Positions 17,318 through 26,698 of a stretch of 43,646 bases of DNA are shown here, piece after piece. Source of the DNA: an uncultured Candidatus Saccharibacteria bacterium. Lineage in GTDB: Bacteria > Patescibacteriota > WWE3 > UBA101185 > UBA10185. Made by a program: the position numbers and the translations under genes. Each line of letters opens with the position of its first letter. Within the stretch, counting starts at the first letter, position 1. The notes beneath the pieces were generated by a model. That model was given only the letters and a program-made list of their open reading frames with translations. It was not told the origin of the DNA and ran no database searches. Where the stretch lies: assembly GCA_964574405.1 (NCBI GenBank), contig CAZNNN010000003.1, positions 11,035-54,680 on the forward strand, in the 5' to 3' direction.

Positions 17318-18391
17318 ATGGATTTTCCGTTATTTAATACAAAAGTTTTGGGTAAAGGTGAGATCTATGATCTAAACGATCCTGTGGGGAGACGCCAATA
17401 CTTTGAGGATAAACTGGGATCAAAGCTAGATAACATTAAAGAGTTCCTTGACAACAACACATTTGTGGGTTTCATGTTGGCAAAGAAAAGTGCCGGCAAG
17501 GGTACCTATTCTAAGATGTTTGCAGAGGTAGTTGGAGAAGATAGGGTGGCACATGTTTCGGTTGGTGACATAGTTAGACAGGTTCATAAGACTGTAGGAG
17601 AAAGCGAGTCTGAAAAAAACAAGCTAATTGACTACCTAAGATCCAGTTACAGAGGTTTTATTTCTGTTGAGGAGTGTGTGGATGCTTTGCTCGGGAGAAC
17701 TCAAGATAGGCTTATTCCCACGGAATTTATTTTAGCCTTAGTGAAAAGAGAGATCGATAAAATTGGTCGAAAAGCTATATTTATTGATGGATTTCCTAGA
17801 ACTTTGGATCAAATTTCCTACTCTTTGTATTTTAGGTCGTTAATTAATCTTCGCGACGACCCGGATTTCTTTGTTTTAATAGATATTCCAGAAACAATTA
17901 TTGACGAACGCATGAAATACAGGGTAGTTTGTCCCGTTTGTAACACCTCCCGCAATTTAAAACTGTTGCCTACAAAATTTGTTGACTACGATAAGGCGGA
18001 AAACAAATTTCATCTTTTGTGCGATAACAAAGTTTGTTCCGAGTACTCAAGAGCCCGTTTGGTGGCAAAAGAGGGGGACGATAAAGGCATAGGGTCAATT
18101 AAAAACAGATTAGAAATGGATGGAAAATTAATGGAGATGGCTACAAAATTACAAGGTATTCAAAAAATATTGGTACGAAACGCCGTACCCACAGAGTTTG
18201 TTGAGGACTATACCGAACCTTACGAAATTACGCCAGAATATGTTTACAGGTACGATGAAGCGAGTCAAAAAATAGTTACCGAGCAAAAGCCTTGGGTGGT
18301 TAAGGACGACGCTGGTAAAGATTGCAACAGCCTTTTAGCTCCTCCGGCGTTGCTTTCTATGATGTCGCAAATGCACTCCATCTTACTTTAA
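17318..18391 (+). CDS. adk: Atypical long adenylate kinase family protein with Cys4 LID
   Basis: P-loop variant AKKSAGKGT, HVSVGDIVR, IDGFPRT..Q, LID CPVC...CDNKVC, plus extra N- and C-terminal extensions. ATG 17318 is preferred over the TTG at 17282. Confidence 0.65.
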   Translation: MDFPLFNTKVLGKGEIYDLNDPVGRRQYFEDKLGSKLDNIKEFLDNNTFVGFMLAKKSAGKGTYSKMFAEVVGEDRVAHVSVGDIVRQVHKTVGESESEKNKLIDYLRSSYRGFISVEECVDALLGRTQDRLIPTEFILALVKREIDKIGRKAIFIDGFPRTLDQISYSLYFRSLINLRDDPDFFVLIDIPETIIDERMKYRVVCPVCNTSRNLKLLPTKFVDYDKAENKFHLLCDNKVCSEYSRARLVAKEGDDKGIGSIKNRLEMDGKLMEMATKLQGIQKILVRNAVPTEFVEDYTEPYEITPEYVYRYDEASQKIVTEQKPWVVKDDAGKDCNSLLAPPALLSMMSQMHSILL

Positions 18392-18657
18392 TACTTTTTT
18401 GTAATCTGTATATATCCTTGGTATCATCCTGTGTATGAAATTAACTACATTGGTTACAAAGACGCCAAAGGCTACCGTTGGCAGGTTGCTTATGGAGAAA
18501 GCTAGAGAGTGGGAAAAGATCTGCGGCTCGTATAAGGTAAGAAAGGTTAATTTATCTAATAATCATGGTAGGTATTTATACAGGTGAGCGATTTTAGTGC
18601 GGACAGGTTTTAAAGTACGGTTTAAAGTTTTACCTTGATGGTATAACGATAGAATAA

Positions 18658-18747
18658 GGAGGGGTCGCATAGTGGTCTAGTGCGGCGGTCCTGAAAACCG
18701 CTTTCGTTGCAAGGCGAACGAGGGTTCGAATCCCTCCCCCTCCGCCA
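18658..18747 (+). tRNA. tRNA-Ser (anticodon TGA), type II with long variable arm, CCA encoded
   Basis: Acceptor GGAGGGG/CCCCTCC, discriminator G, anticodon stem GCGGT/ACCGC with loop CCTGAAA, variable arm ttcg-ttgcaagg-cgaa, T arm GAGGG-TTCGAAT-CCCTC. 90 nt. Confidence 0.85.
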
Positions 18748-18830
18748 CCTCTGTGTTCTAAAACGAGCGAAGTGTGTCCGGAGAAAGTAACCTGCGAAGC
18801 AGTTCTTTCGGAGGATATGCGAGCGAGTAG

Positions 18831-18905
18831 TGGTGCTCCCGGCGGGAATTGAACCCGCACCTTTGGCTTCGGAAGCCAAAATTCTATCCGTTGAACTACG
18901 GGAGC
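18831..18905 (-). tRNA. tRNA-Arg (anticodon CCG), CCA encoded
   Basis: The reverse complement folds as GCTCCCG acceptor, anticodon stem TTGGC/GCCAA with loop TTCCGAA, T arm GCGGG-TTCAATT-CCCGC. 75 nt. Confidence 0.9.
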
Positions 18906-18973
18906 TAGGTTTGCGTTATTGCGCGCGTAGCAAGGTAATCTTATTCTGACAATTTTAGCACGGAGGTGTATTA

Positions 18974-20857
18974 TTGATTGTTATGATGTTTGGATTTGGC
19001 AAGAAAAAAATTAATACTTTGGCAAGCGACAAGAAAGAATCGGATTACAAAAAGGTAGGTAATCGAGAATTTTGGGATGTTTCGATATGGGTATTCGGTT
19101 TTATTTATAGAATGGAGCCACTAAGAACTCTGGTGTTTTTATCGACTTCTGTTTTGTCAAATTTTAGCGATATTGTCTATACATTTATTTTTGCAAAAAT
19201 TATTGATGTACTAGTTAAAGCCAGCACTAATGGGGTTTCAAACTTATCTGATATCTACCCCTATATCGCATTGATAGTAGTCTACGGCATCGCCAATAGA
19301 ATAATAAGTTACATAGGTGTTATATCAGATTACGGTCTAAGAATGCTCACAGAACCAAAAATAACTAGAGCTCTTTATACAAGGCTTAATTATTTAGGGA
19401 TACAAACTTTAGAGAAACCACAAGTTAACGACAGAATCTACAGAGCTTCCGAAAGCACAGATTATCTGTGTAGTTATATGCAGGGATTGGTAGAAATACT
19501 TTCCTCCTTTATACAGATCGTTGTTACTTTTGTTATAGTCGTTAAATTCTTCCCTATTTTTGTTCCTATTGTGCTTTTAGTATCGATTCCATTTTATTAC
19601 ACAGACAAGGTACATAGAGGAGCATCGTATAAGTTTATTTACGATCACGCAGAAAATTCTAGGTCAGCAATGCTTTCTTCCAACGATCTTGGACTTCCGG
19701 CAAAATTAAATGAAGTTACGGTTATTCAAGCCTTTAATTTTCTAGACCGAAAATTTTTCAATTTCAAGATTTGGTATGAAAAGAAGCTTGTTTCTATTAA
19801 TACAAAGAGGAGGTTTTTTAACAATTTTTTTGCCTTTCTTGGTGACTTGGCAGTTTACGCCGGTTTTGTAGTAGTTTTTTCCCAACTCGTTAAAAAAGTG
19901 ATATCTGTTGGCGATGTTACCTTTAGGGTGAATTTACTTTCCAGATTCCAATCTTCTTTTACCCATATGATTACAATGATCAACAATAAAATGGAGCAGG
20001 CGTTGAGAATGAGAGATATTTACCTACTTTATCAAGAGACTCCAGCATTTAAAGACGGGTCGATAGAACATCCTAAACTTTCCAAAGGCCCGGAAATTGA
20101 TATTAAAAATATGTCATTTAAATATCCAAACACTGAAAAACCGATTTTTAACAATCTGGGGCTTAACATCAAAAGTGGTGAAAAGGTTGCCATTGTAGGA
20201 CATAATGGGGCAGGGAAAACTACTTTAGTTAAATTGCTGTGTAGAATATATCAGCCAACGCAGGGTGAGATTTATGTAAATAATCAGGTGTTAAAAGATA
20301 TAAAAATTGATACTTGGTATCAAAACATGGGGGTGTTGTTTCAGGAATTTAACCAATATCCGCAACTTACAGTGAGGGAAAATATTGCCATCGGTAATCC
20401 CAACGAACCTGTTGATGAAGTTGCCCTACATCTAGCCGCACAAAGCGCGGACGCTACTCAATTTATTGAAGAATTTCCTAATAAATTTGATCAAATTTTA
20501 AGCGAGAAGTTTAAGGGCGGTGTTCGCCCATCTACTGGTCAGTGGCAAAAGTTAGCCATTGCGCGCTTCTTTTACAGAAATGCGCCTTTGGTGATATTTG
20601 ACGAGCCTACCGCGTCCATTGATGCCGTGTCGGAATACAATATTTTTAATAAAATTTACGACTTTTTTAAGGAAAAAACCGTGATAATAATTTCCCACCG
20701 GTTTTCTACCGTCCGCAACGCTGATAGGATAATCGTGCTGGATCACGGAGAAATTGTGGAGCAGGGTACGCATAGCTTTTTAATGAGTAACAACGGTTAC
20801 TATGCCAAAGCCTTTAACTTACAAGCTAAAGGATACAGTGGTAGTGGCGGGGAATAG
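18974..20857 (+). CDS. ABC exporter, fused permease/ATPase (MsbA/MdlB-like)
   Basis: Six-helix TMD, Walker A GHNGAGKTT, signature-like STGQWQK, Walker B LVIFDEPT, H-loop ISHR. The TTG start sits 5 nt after GGAGGTG; ATG 18983 is an alternative. Confidence 0.9.
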   Translation: MIVMMFGFGKKKINTLASDKKESDYKKVGNREFWDVSIWVFGFIYRMEPLRTLVFLSTSVLSNFSDIVYTFIFAKIIDVLVKASTNGVSNLSDIYPYIALIVVYGIANRIISYIGVISDYGLRMLTEPKITRALYTRLNYLGIQTLEKPQVNDRIYRASESTDYLCSYMQGLVEILSSFIQIVVTFVIVVKFFPIFVPIVLLVSIPFYYTDKVHRGASYKFIYDHAENSRSAMLSSNDLGLPAKLNEVTVIQAFNFLDRKFFNFKIWYEKKLVSINTKRRFFNNFFAFLGDLAVYAGFVVVFSQLVKKVISVGDVTFRVNLLSRFQSSFTHMITMINNKMEQALRMRDIYLLYQETPAFKDGSIEHPKLSKGPEIDIKNMSFKYPNTEKPIFNNLGLNIKSGEKVAIVGHNGAGKTTLVKLLCRIYQPTQGEIYVNNQVLKDIKIDTWYQNMGVLFQEFNQYPQLTVRENIAIGNPNEPVDEVALHLAAQSADATQFIEEFPNKFDQILSEKFKGGVRPSTGQWQKLAIARFFYRNAPLVIFDEPTASIDAVSEYNIFNKIYDFFKEKTVIIISHRFSTVRNADRIIVLDHGEIVEQGTHSFLMSNNGYYAKAFNLQAKGYSGSGGE

Positions 20858-21057
20858 CAGTTTACATGTTATACTTTTGGGCATGGGTAAAGTATCAATT
20901 AGCAAGAGTAAAGTTCAGGCGGATAAGATAATGGAGGAGTTTTGGTCTGGGATAAGATCTCTGGGTATTAATAAGAAGCTCAAAAGCTCGGAATTAAGAG
21001 TTATCAACGCGTATTTATAATTACCCCTGTGCTAAAATAAGCATACTTGTTTCATAA

Positions 21058-21132
21058 GCCCTCGTAGTTCAACGGATAGAATAGGCCCGTCCTAAGGGTT
21101 AGATGGGGGTTCAATTCCCTCCGGGGGCACCA
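21058..21132 (+). tRNA. tRNA-Arg (anticodon CCT), CCA encoded
   Basis: Acceptor GCCCTCG/CGGGGGC, anticodon loop GTCCTAA, T arm GGGGG-TTCAATT-CCCTC. 75 nt. Confidence 0.9.
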
Positions 21133-21213
21133 AGGTTGAGTTATGAAGTGAGCGACAATGCCCACAAGAAAAAATCCGCGTAGCGTTTTTTTCGGTGGGC
21201 ATGGAGCAAACAA

Positions 21214-21290
21214 CGGGGTGTGGCGCAATTGGCTAGCGCGCTGCTTTCGGGTAGCAGAGGTTCGCGGTTCAAGTCCGCGCACCCCGACCA
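21214..21290 (+). tRNA. tRNA-Pro (anticodon CGG), CCA encoded
   Basis: Acceptor CGGGGTG/CACCCCG (C1:G72), anticodon stem CTGCT/AGCAG with loop TTCGGGT (G37), T arm CGCGG-TTCAAGT-CCGCG. 77 nt. Confidence 0.9.
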
Positions 21291-21292
21291 AG

Positions 21293-21886
21293 TTAAGCTT
21301 CAAGTTCAAAAGGTTTTTTGTGTTTTTCTAACATCTGCCTTATAAAGTCCAAATGATCTTCCGCCTTCATGGTTTTGGCAAAAAATTCTTTTACCACATC
21401 CTCAATTACCGCTAGAGATTTTGTGTCAATTTCTTTCAGTCGACTTTTTTTATACGACTCCAGTTCTGCTGCCACTTTTAAATACTCACCAGCGATTTTG
21501 TCTCGCAATTCTTGTTCCGTTTGCAAGGCATCCTTGTGCAGTTCCACTTTAAAATCTTCCGCCCCTTTTAGTACATCGTCTTTAAATTCCGTGGTGGCGC
21601 TTTTTAGCTGTTCTTGCACAAAGTCCTTTGACTCGTCAACCGCTAAATCCGTTTCCTTAATCATTCTTTTAGCGCGTTCGTTGGATTCTTTAATAATATT
21701 TAGCGACTTATTTTTTGCCTCCTCTAAAATTACTAGCGCCTTTTTATAGGCTTGATCGCGGGAGTCTTCTTCAGCACGCTTTTTTTTGTCGTACATGGAT
21801 GCCAAAGCTATAAGCAAAAAGCCAAAGAAAGCAAAAATCATCAGTAAAATTAAGAGTAGGGCAATGATGGGCAGGTTAGAGTTCAT
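21293..21886 (-). CDS. Single-pass membrane protein with long charged coiled coil; ATP synthase subunit b-like architecture
   Basis: N-terminal TM (PIIALLLILLMIFAFFGFLLIAL) followed by about 160 aa of K/E-rich helix. It lies immediately downstream of the c-like gene, the same order as atpE-atpF. The call rests on architecture, not proven homology. Confidence 0.45.
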   Translation of the reverse strand: MNSNLPIIALLLILLMIFAFFGFLLIALASMYDKKKRAEEDSRDQAYKKALVILEEAKNKSLNIIKESNERAKRMIKETDLAVDESKDFVQEQLKSATTEFKDDVLKGAEDFKVELHKDALQTEQELRDKIAGEYLKVAAELESYKKSRLKEIDTKSLAVIEDVVKEFFAKTMKAEDHLDFIRQMLEKHKKPFELEA

Positions 21887-21904
21887 GATATTAATTTAGC
21901 ATGC

Positions 21905-23354
<1,450 letters not shown>

Positions 23355-23362
<8 letters not shown>

Positions 23363-24542
23363 TTCCAATGGTGTAGAGATCAGTTTGTTCGGAGGATTTA
23401 AAAGAGGTTAATACCACTAGTTTATCACCTCCAGGGGATACAAAGATGTTTTTAGAATACAGAGTGTTATTGTAGATTTCTGTTTTATTAGTGCCGTCAA
23501 TCCTAATTAAGTAGATAGTACCGCGTTTGTCCATAGCCGGATTACCCTCTGTAAGAATCAAATGAAAGCTATCCGAATACCAGCTTATTTGTGGTTGCGG
23601 ATCTACGGTGTTGGTAGTAAAAACCACTGTGTTCGTAAGCTCGCCTACAGGCAAGGGTTTTTCCGAGTTGTAAACACGATATTCTGTTTTAGCCCCATTT
23701 AGTTTTTTGTAAAGAAACTTTTTTTCATCCGGTGCCCAGAGGGATTCTTTAGATACCGCTTGCTCTTTAAGTTCCTGCGGAATATCGATTTTTTCAATAA
23801 AAGCTTTTCTTTTTGCCAAAGTGTCAGTGTCCCAGCCCGTTCTTATAGCTGTAACCTGTGTTTCCAGTGTAAGGTTTTGGATAGTTTTGTCTATCAAGTT
23901 GAAAAGTTGGTATTTTCCATTATCCAATTGAATAAGTAAAGTTTTTTCATCAGGCGACCACTCAAGAGATTTACTTTGTGAATATTTAAGTAACGATGTA
24001 TCTTTTAGTACAACGCTGGGGGTTGATTTAAAAAGGCTAAGAGTACCTTCGGACAAAGAAACTACCCAAATTCCTGGGTTTTCCGAGTCGCTAGAAAGAA
24101 AAGCAAGTTTAGTTAGAGTGGGGGAGATAGTGGGATTTTTAGCTCCCGTATTGGTTAAAGGTTCTAATCTAGGGGTTTGGGAAACTAAAACGGCCGTAAT
24201 GTCGGTGGCAAGTTCGGGAAAAACTTCCAGTTCTTTGATCCAGGTGGCGTAGCCATTTTTTACTACCTTTAATAAATGCTTTCCGGGTTCTACGCCAGGT
24301 ATGGTATTATTAGTGGCTGTAGCTAAAACTCCGTTCATGTAAACATTAGCGCCTTGCGGAATTGATTTTACGCTTACCATGCCCGTAGATCTTAATTGAA
24401 CCTTGCCAGTATCCTGATCTCTTTTTAGTCTGTAACCTCCAGCATACAAAAAGATGGTTGTGGTAAGAGCTAGTAGGCACACTGCCGTAACTGCCATTTG
24501 AAAAACCTCTTTACTAGGTTTTGGTATCTTTAGGTTTAGCAT
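23355..24542 (-). CDS. Membrane-anchored PEGA-domain protein with TolB-like beta-propeller repeats
   Basis: TM near the N-terminus, PEGA motif (PQGANVYMNGVLATATNNTIPGVEPGKHLLKVVKNGYATW), repeated WSPDEK/WAPDEK blades. TATAAT (24550-24555, minus strand) lies 7 nt before the ATG. Confidence 0.7.
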
Positions 24543-24615
24543 TTATAGAATTATACACCGAAATCGACCGCGGATACACTGTGCGGTACCAGCAGCACTT
24601 GCGGGTGCTTTGCTG

Positions 24616-24645
24616 TATCGTATACGCACAGGAGCGTATACGATA
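24616..24645. promoter_or_regulatory. Perfect 12-bp inverted repeat TATCGTATACGC-N6-GCGTATACGATA overlapping the -10 box of the glycosyltransferase gene
   Basis: Direct reading. The 3' arm overlaps TATAAT at 24644-24649, which sits 6 nt before ATG 24656. A second hairpin at 24590-24615 abuts it. Confidence 0.6.
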
Positions 24646-24655
24646 TAATTAATAT

Positions 24656-25744
24656 ATGCTTATTGGAGTTGATTGCTCGCATCTTGTGGAGGAGGGTCGT
24701 ACAGGAACAGAAAATTATTTGTACAACCTCCTTAAAAACCTTGCTGTAGTAGATATGGAAAACGAGTACCTTATGTATTTTAGAACTGTCCCCTCAAAAA
24801 TGTTTTGGGACGACATTTGTAGACGGAACATTCTGTGGAGGTATACGGTTATTGACTCTAAGGTTTCCTGGATGCAGGTTGGTTTGGCTAGGGCTACTTT
24901 TACAGACAGGTTGGACAGGCTCCTGTGTACTTGGCATACTTTGCCTGTTATTCATAGTCCTCGGACAAAGATTATTTCTGTTATTCATGATTTTTCATGC
25001 AGTATATTAAGAAGTTATCCTCTTTACGCCAGTTTACTACTTTCTTACAGGTTGATTGGGGTTTCTGATTATACTTATGGGGGAATAGTGGCGCGTGTTC
25101 CGTGGAGAAAAAGAAGTGTATATAGACAGTATGAAGGAGTGGACTTGCTGAAGTACAGAAAATCGGATTCAAGCAGTATAGATGCCACTAGAAAAAAATA
25201 TATGTTAGATAAACCGTTTTTTCTTTCGGTGGGTACTTTAAACCCAAGAAAAAATTTAGAGAAAATGATTTCCGCGTTCTCTCTGTTTTCCGAGGAGCAC
25301 GAGGATGCACGAGTTGATTATGTAATTGTAGGAAAGTGTGCTAAAGGGTACAGGGCTATTTACGATTTTGCTGAGAAAACACGCTTTAGTAATAGAGTTA
25401 GGTTTCTTGGTTGTTTGGATGATAGAGAAGTGGTTGACTTATATTCATCTGCTTTGGCGCTACTATTTGTATCAAAAGATGAGGGTTTTGGTTTGCCTAT
25501 ACTGGAGGCCATGGCATGCGGATGTACTGTAATAACATCTAATATAGCGTCAATGGGCGAGGTAAGCGGTGATGTTGCTATCACAGCAATTTTTGACGAT
25601 GTTGAGTCAATAACAAATGCTTTAAGGTGTACTGTTGACCCAGACTCTCAAAATCTACTGACGAGAAAAAAATTTGCGGGTTTAGAGAGAGTAAAAATGT
25701 TCAGTTGGAAACAATGTGCGGAATTCTTGAAGAATATTTACTAA
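24656..25744 (+). CDS. GT4-family (GT-B) glycosyltransferase
   Basis: The N-terminus MLIGVDCSHL is typical. E-x7-E region EGFGLPILEAMACGCTVITSN. Confidence 0.85.
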   Translation: MLIGVDCSHLVEEGRTGTENYLYNLLKNLAVVDMENEYLMYFRTVPSKMFWDDICRRNILWRYTVIDSKVSWMQVGLARATFTDRLDRLLCTWHTLPVIHSPRTKIISVIHDFSCSILRSYPLYASLLLSYRLIGVSDYTYGGIVARVPWRKRSVYRQYEGVDLLKYRKSDSSSIDATRKKYMLDKPFFLSVGTLNPRKNLEKMISAFSLFSEEHEDARVDYVIVGKCAKGYRAIYDFAEKTRFSNRVRFLGCLDDREVVDLYSSALALLFVSKDEGFGLPILEAMACGCTVITSNIASMGEVSGDVAITAIFDDVESITNALRCTVDPDSQNLLTRKKFAGLERVKMFSWKQCAEFLKNIY

Positions 25745-25771
25745 AACTTCCCACTTTCATACTCTGTCATA

Positions 25772-25799
25772 TTGACATGATATTTTTATCATGTAAACT
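25772..25799 (+). promoter_or_regulatory. Promoter TTGACA-16-TAAACT with embedded 8-bp inverted repeat ACATGATA-N4-TATCATGT
   Basis: TTGACA 25772-25777, dyad 25775-25794, TAAACT 25794-25799, ATG at 25810. Confidence 0.55.
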
Positions 25800-25809
25800 G
25801 TATTAAGTT

Positions 25810-26682
25810 ATGCAAGACTTAACTTTTAATGAAAAACTATACACCTCCACGGAAGTCGCTCAGATCCTTGGAGTTAGTTTAAGAAGTATTTACAGGTATT
25901 TAGACGAAAACAAAATACAAGCCGCAGTAAAAACTGCCACGGGAAGACACAGATTTACTAAAGAAAACATTAATGATTTTCTACACCCTTCAGTTCAAAG
26001 AACAAGCCAACCAAATCAAGAAAGCCGAAGTGTAAAAGTTAAAGACTTTGTAGAAGAATCTCGAGAGGAGGTTTATAACCCACCATATCCTGAAAAAAAT
26101 ATACAAGATGTGCAAAAAGATATTAAAGTTGATGAAACTGTAAAAGATGAACCGATTGATTGGTTAGCTAGGTTTAGACAGGCGGCAGAAAAGTACAAAA
26201 CTGAGGAGCCAAAAGTTCAGGAGGTACCTGTTGTAGATGTTCAGCCTGCCATGCAAGTTTGGGAAGAGCCTAAAGTAACCGCTAAGATCGAAGAAGATAT
26301 AGAGGAATCAGAATTTAATTACTATAGAAGCGGTGTGGGTGGATTAAAGGAGATTGCACAATCTCTCGATAAGTCTGCCAAGAATGCCTCCCTTGATTAT
26401 GCTTTTACCATGCAGGCAGGGCTTTCGTTGCACAAACCAATTAAGCCCTTCTCACTAATCCATGCCTATATTAAGGTGAGCGACAAGTCATACTTTGAAA
26501 AAGTTTTGCAACTTACACCGTCCACCAAAGATAATGCTCAATTATGTTTAATAGCGTCAAACGAGGTTAAATTATATAAAGATAGAAATGAAATGCACGG
26601 ACTTCAGGTGGTTTCTGATCAGCAGTTAAAGCTGGATCTTTTAAACGAAGGCGAGACCGAGCTTGCCAATGAGCTTGAATAA
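25810..26682 (+). CDS. Excisionase/MerR-superfamily HTH protein with acidic linker and uncharacterised C-terminal domain
   Basis: N-terminus YTSTEVAQILGVSLRSIYRYLDENKIQA..TATGRHRFTKENINDFL (HTH_17-like). The rest has no motif I recognise. Confidence 0.6.
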   Translation: MQDLTFNEKLYTSTEVAQILGVSLRSIYRYLDENKIQAAVKTATGRHRFTKENINDFLHPSVQRTSQPNQESRSVKVKDFVEESREEVYNPPYPEKNIQDVQKDIKVDETVKDEPIDWLARFRQAAEKYKTEEPKVQEVPVVDVQPAMQVWEEPKVTAKIEEDIEESEFNYYRSGVGGLKEIAQSLDKSAKNASLDYAFTMQAGLSLHKPIKPFSLIHAYIKVSDKSYFEKVLQLTPSTKDNAQLCLIASNEVKLYKDRNEMHGLQVVSDQQLKLDLLNEGETELANELE

Positions 26683-26698
26683 AGTGTACAATTAGCTG

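Noticed and set aside
18622-18879. Track ORFs 18622..18879 and 18630..18860 (minus strand)
   Set aside because: They are read through tRNA-Ser and tRNA-Arg and the spacer between them. Their Arg/Gly/Pro-rich translations are typical of tRNA antisense artefacts.
20802-21020. Track ORF 20802..21020, including a possible 45-codon ORF from ATG 20883
   Set aside because: The first 56 nt overlap the ABC transporter in another frame. The remainder has no SD, promoter or recognisable motif. It is kept only as a remote small-protein possibility.
21052-21309. Track ORF 21052..21309 (minus strand)
   Set aside because: It spans tRNA-Arg(CCU), the hairpin spacer and tRNA-Pro, so it is not coding.
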